A stretch of 63,886 nucleotides of DNA, the filler included, from Lenisia limosa (Eukaryota > Protista > Breviatea), in the NCBI GenBank assembly GCA_001655205.1. It is 12 parts of 12 records of this genome, joined end to end, with 100 filler letters (N's around TTAATTAATTAA, not from the genome) between each part and the next. Parts side by side here need not be neighbours in the genome. Positions count along the whole stretch, not along the records: positions 31,519 to 33,505 come from LPNZ01000209.1; positions 33,606 to 44,338 come from LPNZ01007286.1; positions 44,439 to 57,403 come from LPNZ01008687.1; 9 more parts are not named here. The stretch is one strand, 5' to 3'. Below the pieces are notes generated by a model. The model made no database searches. It had not been told where the DNA came from and worked only from the letters and a program-made list of their open reading frames with translations. The position numbers were made by a program, and so were the translations under genes. Shown piece by piece: positions 31,519-44,699 of this stretch. Within the stretch, counting starts at the first letter, position 1. Each line of letters begins with the position of its first letter.

Positions 31519-33147
31519 TGCCCCTCCAGGCCTCCTCGAGAGTTGGGTACAAACCACCTTCTTGCAAACTCATCACTGAGGTATGCCAGCGCTTTCACGG
31601 CAACATATCCTTCGTTTTGTACTAAATCTACGCGTTGTTTCATTGGAGCTGTCTTTTGTTTGGAGTATTGTCACCCCCCCCCCAGTACACAGACGATGGC
31701 TCGGCTTCTGCGCGTTACGCCCGTGCCACCACCTACAGCCTCCCGACCCAGAAGCATGTGTTCGAACAGGTAACCCGGCTGATGGGGAGGGAGTCGAACC
31801 ATAATTGATAATCGGAAAAGATAGGATTTTAATATGGATGGAAGCAATGAGGCTGTTAACTTGGCATTTCTGACCCTGCAGACTGAGATTCCCCTGGCCA
31901 TCTTCTTTTCGCCCTTGGCCAAGCCCGGTGTGGGCGAGCAGCCTGTTCCCCTTGCAGGTGGGTCTTTTCATGTTGACACATCTCCAAGTCTTTTTGAAGT
32001 GACACTATCATGGAGGGGTCTGGAGTTGATGGATAGTAACGGTTTCAGGAGTCAAGCAAGCTGCACCTGCCGCAATGACCAACCCCTCAGCACCTGTGCC
32101 AGCCCCCCAGGTTCTCCCAGGTACGTGGGATTCTGGAGACATCCTATATGATGTTATCACTTGGAATCAAGGATGTTTCTTTGTGTAGTCAACCGCTGGA
32201 TCTCTATGATCTTAGTTTCAATAGAGACTACTGCCAAAAAAGTTGCCATCTGACTAGCAATTATTGGTTTTATTTCAGCCGCTTCTTGACCCTACGCACT
32301 TCACTCAATAGGAATGCCGGCAGTTCCAATGCCAACAAGCTTCACTCCCTATGAGGTAAACTCGTGGAGGGCTGCGGGTGAGGCTTCACTTCGGTTCGAA
32401 AAAGACCGTTAAATATCGATAGTTTGTCTTTTTTCGAACCGAAGTGAAGCCCTAGCTGGGGGTGATACGTATAGGCTGGAGTAATAGATAATCTGGAATC
32501 TTGTAATTGTTAAATATATTCATGTGTGTATGATTGAGTAAAGAAGGATTCGCCTGTGTTATAGGATAAGTTTTTTATCTCGTTTAGTTATTGAAGTAAT
32601 AATCAAATCCTATTCATTTTTTTTCCTATATTGTGATATTTTTTTGATTTGTGATGAGTTCAAAGGTGTTTCTAACCCACAGACTACCGCCAGTGCGGAG
32701 CCCACCCCGACCGTGGAAGACGGAAACAAGTCCAGCCCGGCTTCTGAGACGGAAGCACCCATCCGGTGCGGCCGTTGCAAGGCCTTCATCAACCCCGGTG
32801 TTCGCTTCATCGACAACGGCACCCGGTACTGCCTCCTTATAGTCACCATTCTCCTTGTAACGTCTAATACCCCCAACATTAATGTTGTAGATTCATGTGT
32901 AACTTCTGCAACTTCCTCAATGATGTTCCTGTGCACTACCGCTGTAATTTGAGCTTCGAGGGACAGCGTCTCGATATCAACCAGAGGTCTGTCAATTTGT
33001 TGGAGCTAATACTTCATAGGGACTTTCTTAGGAAGAAATAACAGACATGAAATAAATTGGGATACAAGTAGATATAATATTATATCCCCTTAATAGCTTT
33101 AGGCCCGAGCTTCGATGTGGCGTTGTTGACTGGAAAGCACCCAAAGA
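31519..33147 (+). CDS. SEC24: COPII coat subunit SEC24 (SEC24C/D-like), N-terminal barrel strands and zinc finger
   Basis: YTDDGSASARYARATTYSLP...IPLAIFFSPLA...PIRCGRCKAFINPGVRFIDNGTRFMCNFCNFLNDVPVHYRCNLSFEGQRLDINQRPELRCGVVDW matches the Sec24 CxRCxAYxNP...CxxC...RPEL pattern. Confidence 0.92.
32380..32454. mobile_element. Family A hairpin MITE (A-type), internally shortened, near-perfect arms
   Basis: GGCTTCACTTCGGTTCGAAAAAGAC...GTCTTTTTTCGAACCGAAGTGAAGCCCTA. Confidence 0.9.
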
Positions 33148-33878
33148 GTTGGAGGGACTGAACCGGTTCTTTCACACACTATGGGGTTGCCTTTGTTGGT
33201 CTTATTATGCTGTTCGTTCGTTCTCCCTGTCGGTTTCTGTTTTGTTTCATACAGTTCCAAGATCGCTTCATGATTGACTCCTTTCATAGTCAATCAACTG
33301 TTTTTCAAACTCTAAAATAGTTAATATCATATCCTAGCATGGGGTGGACGGCTTGGGCCTGATACGATCTTTAAGTCTCGTTTTTGCTCGAGTTATATCC
33401 CCCCACCCGCTTATTGTTTTTAACCCAGTGTGTGTTTCCCAAATGCTAACCAACAGAGTTGGGTTGGTTATGTTTCAATTTTTTTCCATTTTTACCCCCC
33501 CCCCCNNNNNNNNNNNNNNNNNNNNNNNNNNNNNNNNNNNNNNNNNNNNTTAATTAATTAANNNNNNNNNNNNNNNNNNNNNNNNNNNNNNNNNNNNNNN
33601 NNNNNGAAGAGAAGGAGGCTGGGGATGAAGAGAAGGAGGCTGGGGATGAAGAGAAGGAGGCTGGGAGGGGGTAGGAGGCACCTCTCCCTCCAAAATTAAA
33701 GAGGGAAGATGGATAATACGACTCCCTACAATTAATAAAAAAACTAATTTCAAAATTAGTTTTTTTATTAGGTACATACTGTACGAGAACCCTATTCCAG
33801 GCACTATAATTAATGTCCTCAAAAAAGTTATTGCACGGAACCCTAAATAATACAATACAAACATCCAACGAGACCCAC

Positions 33879-36800
33879 CTGGTCACGCCGAAAGGTTCTT
33901 CCGTGAAACACGACAGCAGAATGCTGGCAGCGGGCTTATCGAGATCCATGCAGGAGATGGGGTGGAGAGTGGCCTGTAAGAGGCTTGAAACACTGTGAAG
34001 TTAATACGATAATGGAAGCAGAAACAAAAATAATACTCAAATACATACGATATCGTATAATATGATGTATTATTACATCAAAGTAATAAATGGATAGATA
34101 GCAAAAAATAGTTGCATTCTCACCTTGGTGCTGATGGAGGGAGTTGGGGAAGGCCACCATTTTCAAAGTCCTTCAGAGTGGCGCAGTCTGCGTTGATCAC
34201 CACAAGGCCCTGGACGGTAAGTGGAACGCAATATGATAGCCGTTATTATGGATTCAATTATCTTTTAAAATTTAAGTTTTTAAAAAATTGAAATTTGGGA
34301 TAGCTATCGCATACCCTCATCCCTCGCATACCTCATCATCAACCGTAAGGTCCTTGTATTGTTGCGGTGTGAGGCCAATAAGGTAAGGTGTGGGGGCGTC
34401 AACTATCTCCGCCATTGAGTGGGGTAACAGACTGGTGTGGAGTCGGGTTATATTAACTCATGTATTTGAGAGCCCGGAGGGGGGGGGGGCNNNNNNNNNN
34501 NNNNNNNNNNAATGTCAGTCGGTGTCAATCTTATATAACCATTGAAGTAGTGGATGAACATATCTATATACTCTGTATGATTTTAGGTGACAAAAAAATA
34601 ATTATATATTCGAATGCTCAAAAACAAACTCCCTCCATGCTTACGGAATACATGGGTGAAGCCACTTGAATGGTCCAAGAAGGTGTATCAGAACCTCACA
34701 AACCTGAACAAATTAGATTGCATTATTTGTTTTCACAAAACTGAGAAATGATGAGCTAACCTNNNNNNNNNNNNNNNNNNNNNNNNNNNNNNNNNNNNNN
34801 NNNNNNNNNNNNNNNNNNNNNNNNNNNNNNNNNNNNNNNNNNNNNNNNNNNNNNNNNNNNNNNNNNNNNNNNNNAAGAGGGCCATAACTGCAGTAGCAAG
34901 GACATTAGGGCCCAGAAGTCGCCCGATTTGAGTCTATATCAGGAAATCAGACGCAGTACACTAACTTTTGTATCTTATAATAATCACAGTAGAGCCTAAT
35001 TAAGGGGTCTTTGGTGAATATAATAAAGCTATATACTGATTATGGGGCTGTCCCTTCACAAAACTTGCCAATTATCAGTAGAGATGAGGATATTGCATGG
35101 GCTTCCCTACGGTCCGAAAAAGCCTTTAAACCCTTTGATATATTATATCATAGTATGTAATTATTGAGAAATCAGTCTATTTGTGGACCACAAGAGGCCC
35201 TGAGTTCAGCACCTAAACCAGCATACGACTATGCCGGAAAAGGCGTGAATCCCAGGGAAACGGTAGTTCTTCATGAATGGTGCTGGGTCAAACGCAATGA
35301 AATCATTGATAGACAGGTGGAATCTGGGGAGGGGGGGGGGGGNNNNNNNNNNNNNNNNNNNNNNNNNNNNNNNNNNNNNNNNNNNNNNNNNNNNNNNNNN
35401 NNNNNNNNNNNNNNNNNNNNNNNNNNNNNNNNNNNNNNNNNNNNNNNNNNNNNNNNNNNNNNNNNNNNNNNNNNNNNNNNNNNNNNNCGGTTATCGTGCT
35501 TTGCGTTTCCCTTCAGATGCGGAAATTGTATATATATTGGCACATTAGACCAACCACTCCTATTCTCGAATATCGCCGTCCCTAGCTCCCCTACCCTTCA
35601 ATACGATCCCCAACCTTCCACCCACCCTTCACATCCGCGAGAAGGGACCGGGGCATTGGTAACACAGTACTCCAATGCAGGTATATGACGTACACTCTGT
35701 TTCTAAATGATTACTAAGGTGGGAAGGAATATGGTGTTCAAGATAACCTAGTGAGGAGTCGGGTCAGAAATATGAACTTTTAATTGAATGAATAACTTCA
35801 ACTAACCCCCCCCCCCCAAGNNNNNNNNNNNNNNNNNNNNNNNNNNNNNNNNNNNNNNNNNNNNNNNNNNNNNNNNNNNNNNNNNNNNNNNNNGTTAAGC
35901 TCTTTCCCTCCAAGCATCGCGAAATAAGTCCGAAATGCTGACGACAAATTTTGCTGAAACGTGAGGAACGCTAGAATTCTGCTTGAAGCCAAATATACTT
36001 CACATCTATTATATAATGCTTAAAAATTGATGTACAATCATTTCGCGCTAATAAATCCCCCAAAAGTAAAACACGTGAGGATGTTGGTGATACAAAAACT
36101 ACTTTCAACTACAGCTTCATTACGGTCCGAAAAAAAGACCGGTAAAAATCGAGGATTTATCGAGGACTTGTCGAGAAATTAAGTCTTTATTAAATCTAAC
36201 TGGGTATTCCTTTTTCCAAGCTTACCCAGATTCGGGATTTTCTATGTAGTTCGGATTAGTAATCGAAAAAGCCACGGATGCACCGAATAGAGTGGACCCG
36301 TCGAGATTACTAATGCGGAACGGGGTGATCTGAAACAGTCAGAGCGAGATTACAATGGTGAGAATAGGAGGTGAGTTAGAGGAGGATATGTGGGGCAAAT
36401 ATATTACTGTAAGTATGAGTTGTGAGGTATATGCATGAAAGGTTTTTCATAAAAACACAACAGACCATACCCATGTTACATAGAGAGACTTAATTTTCTC
36501 AAATGCTACTACAAAATAGCACAGTGTTTGATAACCTCCTTCAAATCCCACCTTTATTGGCTCAAAGGCATCAACAGAAGTGGTTTCTTCAATACAGCCA
36601 AACTAAAACGTTAAATGCATGTGTTATATGTAGTGCTTCACTGCAGTTAGAAAAAGACCAGTAATATAATACATATGATATATTATCTGAGGATTTATCA
36701 AGAAATTCAGTCTTTTTTGAACCGAAGTGAAGCCCTAGTTAGGTGACATATACTGTATGTACACATTCATAATTACAAGAGCTGCGCATACAAAATGGAA

Positions 36801-37868
36801 TTCATTTTGTAGTTAAAATAAAGATAATATATCAAAACACTAAAGATGTGGTGATATTCAATAATTATTAGCACTATGTGAAAGTAGACGGAAAGTTTAG
36901 AGAGGCATTTGTTTCCGATAACTAACCAGTCCGAGGCCCTCGGGGTAGGAAAACTCATCATGATCCGTCTTGGGGTATCTTGATATCAGTTGCGGATCAG
37001 TGGGTTCTGAAAAGTTACAACAGAATAAATGCGGAACCAATACACATGTGCTGTCACTTTAAACGTCAAGATGAAGATTAATGTATCCCAATATTTATAA
37101 AGATACGCATTGTACCACCACAGTATCAATTCAGTGACCAACAAGTAATAATATATTTACCTACCCGTCTTCTGGTACAGGAAGAAGTAGTCCACAAGAC
37201 GATTGGGGAGAACATACGACGCGGGTACAACTGAATAAGTAAAATGGACAATCTCATATTACATCACTTATATATAATGTTCAATATGTCTGATAAGATA
37301 CATTGAGTTATTAACTCTGGTGGACGGCAAACAAACTCCAATACGTACAGCCGAAGGCAGACCATACCATGGACATTGCAGGACATGTGAAAGCAATATT
37401 AAGTAAGCCCAAAATAGCAATGATTGACAATAATGCGGTTGTATTCATTAGTAAATGCAATCATCTTACAATATTCCTTAATCTTCGTACCCCACTAACT
37501 GTCATGTGCACACGGCCACGTAATCGTATTCCCATCTGTCGTCATCTCAAGATCCACCGTGAGGGCGCAAAGTTTAGCGTCTCCTGCCTAAGGCTTCTGA
37601 CAAAATTCTGAGAAAGTTCATTAAATCAATTTGTGTGTTTGCTTCCATGCTTTCATTCTTATATTTTTCCATTACGTTCTACAATGCTCCAAGAAATATC
37701 CAGTCCCAATAAGAACATGTGCACAAATAGAAGCGATTCAGAGGTTAGTATATCAGACAATCCCAGTTAATTATCGTCCATACCTATTTTATAAACTGTT
37801 GGAAGTAGATGACGGACTGTGCTACTTTCGGAGGAAATCGAAGGAGCAATATGAAGGTAAAAGAACAT
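33879..37868 (-). CDS. DENN-domain Rab GEF (uDENN+cDENN visible; resembles DENND4/DENND1-type), 3' end missing
   Basis: Ordered exons PNRLVDYFFLY, RYPKTDHDEFSYPEGL, FRISNLDGSTLFGASVAF, GRLLGPNVLATAVMALL, EVLIHLLGPFKWLHPCIP|SLLPHSMAEIVDAPTPYLIGL. The start at 37868 is tentative. Confidence 0.85.
36631..36737. mobile_element. Family A hairpin MITE (A-type)
   Basis: TAGTGCTTCACTGCAGTTAG...TTTTTTGAACCGAAGTGAAGCCCTA. Confidence 0.8.
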
Positions 37869-38283
37869 TGGAGCCCTCAAATCGTCACCTTAATACTATA
37901 TTTAATAAATTTAACAAAATAAAGACAAATCTACCAGTTCTAATGTATGGACAAGTGTAGCCACCCGCCCCACCTCATCATAAACTGTCAGAGTGACTAT
38001 TCGGGACTGATATATAACATTATAAAATATTTAAACAATTAACAAACTACTATATACAGTGTACCATCAAAACGGGTGGAACAAAAAAATGGAAAAAAAA
38101 TTGAAAATTAAATTCCAGTCTATTTTCGAATATTGGACTTTGGTCCATTATTTACCTAGGCTGTATATAAGTACCAAAACTGTAATTTTTGCTCGGAACT
38201 TGGCGATTAAACTCTTGATTGAATTGATATCATTCATAATCGCCAGGTATTTTGCAATTGCCCCATATATAGCGCCTTTAACA

Positions 38284-41200
38284 ATGAAATTCGCATTAAC
38301 TTGCCTGCTTCTCTTACTTAGCCAGCTGATTATCATAGCATCGGCAGGACCTCTCGATGATCTCGGATTTCTTGGAGTTCGAGATGCACCTAAGCCTAAA
38401 CATGCTTGCCTTGAGTGTACTTTGACCCTCTATGCAGTTTTGAGATATGCTGAAACCCATGAACAGACGGTAGAGCAGGTAGGTTATATTTCTAAGTTCC
38501 AATATTTGACATTCTAGGCCCTTGACAAGATATGTGACCTTATCTCCAATTTTGAGCTCAGAAAGGTACGGTTATGAGGTCATAGCTCCCAATTTGAGAT
38601 TCTGAAATTGGGGAGTTGCGGCCAGGTCATGCTATGGGGTTAATGTGTTAGTGTAGTGCAGTTTAGCCTCAAAGATACGGACTAAAGTGCAATTTTCTTG
38701 AAATGATTCAATGGCCTTCCCAACCGAACACTACAAGTGCTCCATTTCCTACCCCTTTGCTTCTTTGAATATATACATTTATTTTAATACTATATGTTTC
38801 ATTTCCCATTGTCTGTATAGCCTTAACGTTGTTATTTTCGATTTCCATCATCCGCTTTTCGGTTATCATGTGATCGATCTAGGCTTGCGAAACCATTGTT
38901 GCCAGCAGCGCTGACCCCATTATCCGCGCCCTTGAGAAGAGAGGAACAATCATGGGCGCCTGTCATGAGGTCGGAATCTGCACTGATGCCAATACCAAGT
39001 GCACTGTTCCAGGTATGAGGGGCGGGTTGGGCATTCTGACCATAGGGCTGAAAGTTAACTGAAATTTGGTAAAACCAGTTTAACTGACATATGTTGGACT
39101 TTTTATTTTACAACAGTCAGTGGAATGGATCAATGAAAGACTTATTTTTGCCACTTAAATAGAAAATTCAATCCGCAATTCATTTCCCTGTTTTTGTTTT
39201 TTATATATATATATTATTTTATTATTGTTTTGTTTTTAAGGAAGGGGAATTTGATTTTCTGAATATTCTATTAACAACTCAGAACCTAATGATGGAATGA
39301 CTTTGCCCAAGGCTAATCCTGATGTTGTCNNNNNNNNNNNNNNNNNNNNNNNNNNNNNNNNNNNNNNNNNNNNNNNNNNNNNNNNNNNNNNNNNNNNNNN
39401 NNNTATGAGGGTATTTCACTTCCTTTTTTTGTTTTCCTATTGTATTTACAACTCAAATGATGTGACTTCATACATTGTTAAATAGAATTCTTTGTCCATA
39501 TTTTGAAATGTCAAATGTTCAATATATGTTTTGATTAACTGTCTATAGTTTATCAGCCGTCTCCATAACGTCAATGGCTCACCGTGGGATAGAATCATGG
39601 AAATCGTTAAAAAGGTTTGTGATGTGTTTGCTAAATTTCCAAAGAGTCTACATTTCAATGACACATTACACCGGGATTTCTGATGATATTGACTCAATTA
39701 GGTTGTGGAGGAGCATAAACCTCTCTTTGACATCGATCATGACTTGTAAGTGGGTATATAATTGGGATCCCGAGTTGATCCTGGGAATACAATCGATTTC
39801 TAATTTGAATAATTGTTTCTTGAAGAATCCAAAAGTACTTAAATCATTACCTTTTAGGTTTGCTACCACCAAAACTCTTAGAGGATCACATTGGAGAGGC
39901 CGTGACTGGTGGGGGCTTAATTTTGCAAATATTGGTTTCCTGTTTGTTATGTATTGAAGTCACCAAGCCATTATCAATTTTAATCATATTTCCAGTGCCG
40001 ATGTTCAAAAGGATGTGTATCCCGGAAGGAAATCCAGTGACGAAGTTGACGTGTATGATATCAACTGCAATGGAATTTACGGTATTAACAAGAAGACTGG
40101 TTTGTGGGGGTCTGGCGGAACCTATTACTCGATCGGATGTCACTATTCATATATTACTTGTTCACAATACAATTGTAGTCGGCATATGCATGTTTTTTTA
40201 AAAATAATGTAATAATAGCTTAACATATCATATAAATACTTCCCCTCTTGCTCATCTTTCAATTTTCAAACTACAGTACATCTAATCCTACCAGGTAAGT
40301 CGTATGAAGAAGAGTTCTGTGGAGAGAACCCTCCAATCACTGTTACCAATGTTGGAGATTCTGTTGGCGGCCACTTTTCAATGGACTGGCACTGGTATAC
40401 TTAGGTGTTGCTATTGTTTATGAAGATCCAATCATTATGTCTCACTACTCAGGCTTTCTCCCCAGCTCTGGGACCATAAGACTTTTGACAACTTCCTCCC
40501 CCTCTTGGAAGACGAAATGAACCGCCCTTCTCTGTAAGCTGACACTATTGTAGTTTATTAAGACAAAATAGAATCTGTGTTTTTATATATATTTGTGACC
40601 ATACTTTGAGTTGTTTAATAGAATGATTAACCGGTGGTCTACACTGTCTCAATTGATTATTCAGTGGATGGATCACTGGCTTCGAAGACAGTGCGCCTGA
40701 CGGTCCTATTGATTCACTTTACCTCCACATGAGGAAGCACAACAGATGCAACCACAGGCACTATCAAAACCTTTCTGTCAACGGGTTGGTGGGTATTCAT
40801 TGGAAAATTAGTGAAAAAATTAAAAAAAAATATAAGAAAGTCCTCTGTTGGCTGAAAACACCGGGAAATCATTTCCAATTATAAATCAATCCGTCTCACT
40901 GTTTTGTTGGATTTACGTTTTTTTTTCTGATTGTATAGTGGAAAGTCAACCAACAACAAGGATCATGTCAACCGCATTGCTTCCAACCCCGAAAAGGACC
41001 AACCTCATCTCATCATCTTCGAAGAAATGGGTTTGCTCAAGAGTCTTATCTTGTATCATAAATATTGTTGCTTTGATTGACGGATATTGTATTTTAGAGT
41101 ATATCCCCCAACGAACGAGCATCATTTCTTACCCACCAGGAAACGACGTCTGTAACTCACGCGGAACCCTTGATGATATCACCAAACCCGAAGACTTCCT

Positions 41201-42523
41201 GAACTCCACCCTCGCTCGTTTGGAGTATCTTGACACCAAGCTAGCAAATGTGAGATGGAACCTATCATACTATGCTTCGAGTTGTTTCAAAATACTTTGG
41301 CAAACTGGATATTTTCTAACGTTTGCAATAACTATTGTAGGGTTCCCACATCCTCTTTGTTGGTATTTTAGACGTTCCAGTTCACTACGACATTCTGCAT
41401 GATCAGATCCACCCACTTGGATTCCACTATGGCGACTTCTACGAGTACATGAGTGAGCTCGTAATGTTTTTCATATTATCAAAACTGGTAAAAGGAATTC
41501 TTGATTAAATCAACCATATTACATTCATGGCTATATTCAGGGTTTTTATTTTTGTATTTCTCATATCACCAGACTGTCTGTCAAATGCACTCTGCTGGCC
41601 TTGGTTCAATAAGGAGAAGAGTATCCGCGAGGCTGCTTCAGAGTAAGCCATTGATCATGGACAATGACTGGGCTTCACTTCAGTCAGAAAAAAGACTGGT
41701 AACGAAAATTTAGAGGATTTATCGATAAATTCTGTCTTTTTTCGAAGCGATTAAATCCCAAACCATACCTTTACACACACACCCCACATAGTCGTTCACT
41801 GTTGTTATCAAATATTTAGACAACGTGATTTATTGGGGTTATTTTTCATAAATTTACCTCCCTCCAGAAAGGCTGCCTTACTCAACAAGATGTACGAGAA
41901 GATTATTGCCGAGTACAAGTTCAAAAACTTCGATATGGTTGGCTGAACGAAATTTAAGTCTTTTATGCTTTCATCACTTTGGTCAAAATGGGTTATTTCG
42001 AATATGTATACTTTTCTGGTTTGTTAAATTAACAACACCATACCTATCGCTGCTTCAATGTGCGTCAGTCAGTTCTATCGATATCTATATCATATATATA
42101 TATATATATATACTATATATATACATAATTTATCCGCACAGGCGTACTACCGCTTCCCCATCATCGACCTTCAAAAGCAGGCTGTTGCTGACGGCTATTT
42201 GCTGAAGGACACTCTTGACCCTGTTGATGGTGTGGGGGTAACAGTCGCCAATGTTTCAATGAAACTTGATAATTGATTAGATAGGAAGTGATATGAGATG
42301 ATGAGATGGCCAGTCCTTATTTAAGATGGGGATATTGCTCTACCTCCCTCCCCCAGACATGTTATCTCACAACCCAGGATTCCACCCATCACAGATTCTG
42401 AACAGCTACATGGGCACATGGCTTTGGGACATCATCAGCACTGACCATCCTGATTGGATCGGGAAGGAGAACCCTCATAACGCTGAAATTAACGCGATGT
42501 TTGGTGATCAGGGCGGCTATTAA
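38284..42523 (+). CDS. AOAH: Acyloxyacyl hydrolase (LPS-deacylating saposin + SGNH lipase), apparently complete
   Basis: Signal peptide MKFALTCLLLLLSQLIIIASA; saposin cysteines (CLEC...ACETIV...GACHEVGIC); TLRGSHWRGRD; VYPGRK...DINCNGIYG; nucleophile GDSVGGHF; RKHNRCNHRHYQNLSVNG; GNDVC; DG|FHP; C-terminus GKENPHNAEINAMFGDQGGY*. All are collinear with mammalian AOAH as recalled. Confidence 0.95.
41669..41760. mobile_element. Family A hairpin MITE, intronic in AOAH
   Basis: GGGCTTCACTTCAGTCAGAAAAAAGAC...GTCTTTTTTCGAAGCG. Confidence 0.75.
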
Positions 42524-42679
42524 TTACTTTTTTTCGACTGTGTGCTCAATAGGTCTTTTTATATATACGGATATATGTCTTTGTGTGAATTTCTCACATT
42601 TGGGGTTCAAAATATATACATATTATATGTATTATAATACTTCATAAACATCACGTAACATACTCCTTAACGTACGAAT

Positions 42680-44338
42680 ACCTGAACAGTCAGCAATACA
42701 CCGACGGATTCCAAGATGAGATCAGTTATATTTCAAACATATTATTCGATCCAATTCAGACCCCCCCCCCCCCNNNNNNNNNNNNNNNNNNNNNNNNNNN
42801 NNNNNNNNNNNNNNNNNNNNNNNNNNNNNNNNNNNNNNNNNNNNNNNNNNNNNNNNNNNNNNNNNNNNNNNNNNNNNNNNNNNNNNNNNNNNNNNNNNNG
42901 AGTTACAGCCGTAATATGACTTCAATGGATCAGCATGATGTGTTCCTACAGTGTAGCGCGGGACCATACCTGGACTGAGCGGATGTGAAAGAGGGTGATA
43001 GTATGTCTACTCTTCGAAAATTCTGAAAATGACGATTTATTTAATAGTCATTAAGCTCTCAACGCATCCGTGAAAACATATTCACAAAAATGGGCTTAGA
43101 ATTGGTATTTACGTTTGGTAAGAATTGAAGTTGTGAAATAATTACAACTACCCATTCATTATATGACCAGGCCAGCCAGCAAACTTGTAAAATGGGAAGT
43201 TGCTGATAGCATAATCGCCAGCAGTAGTATACCCAGTGTTTACGTCAGTAGGGAAGGGGGTCGCTGCATGCGCTGACAACTCCTTATAATTCTAAAGCAG
43301 TAAATGTCATTTTCCATTGATTTCACGATAAAATCATCAAAGGGAGGAGAGGGGGAGGTGGGGTAAAATGGAAAATTTATGAAACAAAAACCCGACTCAA
43401 CTCTGTTGGCTGATAACGCATGAGGGNNNNNNNNNNNNNNNNNNNNNNNNNNNNNNNNNNNNNNNNNNNNNNNNNNNNNNNNNCAGCGTATGGGGAAATT
43501 GGAAGATTTATGAAACATAAAAGCCCAAAATCAACTCTGTTGGCCAGCAACTCAATATACACAACAAAATAATCAAGTCTTGGCAAGTTGCTTCTGCAGC
43601 ACCATACCCCAAAGAAAAAAAGAAAAGAAAATGGTACCAGAGCAAAAGGACCCTTTACAGAATCAACTACGAATCTCGCATACAATGAAAGGGTAAAAGC
43701 TAGCCGAGCCAGTACCCTTTGCATACGTCACACCGGACTCAGTCGAGAAGTGAACAAGTTGGTTAGCGTTCACTCCCTAGATACGTAATTGAGATATAGG
43801 AAGGGAAAAACGTGAGTATTTTTTTCAAAAAACATAGTATATCATTAAGAGGAAAAATAACAAAAGGGAATAAATTGCCAGATTATCTTGGGGGGGGGGT
43901 CAATGGAATTATTCGACAACATCTATTATTGAAGGAGAATTTATTACTGATATTTATATAAAATCACGCACATATTTGCTGCATTTCTCAAAGTGACACC
44001 CCAAATTGGAAGAGTGAAAATATTCCCATCATACCTTACAATAGAATCGCACTGAAGCGAATGGTATTTGATTAAGAAGTGAACGTTTTGCTTGGCCCCA
44101 GCCCTTGGAAATCAATAATTGAGATTTGCAGAAATAAGAGTCAACTATGTTGGAGATGTTTTTTAAACTGATATGTATTGACATAGTGTTACAAATGATA
44201 TTTTTGTAATTTCGCCTCATTCTTCTATGTATTAATTTTTTTCATTTTCTAGATGACCAGTTTTCTTTCTGTGTTTCTGTTGCTTGCTACCCGTCTTTCC
44301 TTGACAAATATCTTCCGAGACTTGGTAAGCCATTGGAT
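42680..44338 (-). CDS. Unidentified gene, probably extracellular
   Basis: Exons GWGQAKRSLLNQIPFASVRFYCK|GVNANQLVHFSTESGVT|FYPFIVCEI; further blocks near 43250, 42900 and 42690. Confidence 0.45.
43490..43602 (-). mobile_element. Family D repeat, near full length
   Basis: Minus strand GTGCTGCAGAAGCAACTTGCCAAGACTTG...GGCCAACAGAGTTGATTTTGGGCTTTTATGTTTCATAAATCTTCCAATTTCCCC. Confidence 0.75.
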
Positions 44339-44699
44339 NNNNNNNNNNNNNNNNNNNNNNNNNNNNNNNNNNNNNNNNNNNNTTAATTAATTAANNNNNN
44401 NNNNNNNNNNNNNNNNNNNNNNNNNNNNNNNNNNNNNNTATGGGGGGGTAGTGGGTCAGCATTTCCGTTCCATTCAGCTAAAATAAAATATACTATACTA
44501 TAATAATAAAGCCATTTGTCAAACTAAACGACATCACTCAGCTAAACTGAAGCTCCACGCACCTCTTAATTGGCTCAACAGCAGTACATGTGTCAAGTAG
44601 GTCACGAACTATTTGATCAGAGGTGAGAGCATAACAAAGGGAATGCATAACGTGAGTATTGTCAACTCAAAGGATATCAAATTATCAGGTCCAGAAACT

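Noticed and set aside
40700-42523. Tyrosinase/hemocyanin suggested by His-rich motifs (HMRKHNRCNH, HNAEIN)
   Set aside because: The collinear GDS, GNDVC, DGFHP and FGDQGG motifs and the N-terminal saposin identify AOAH instead.
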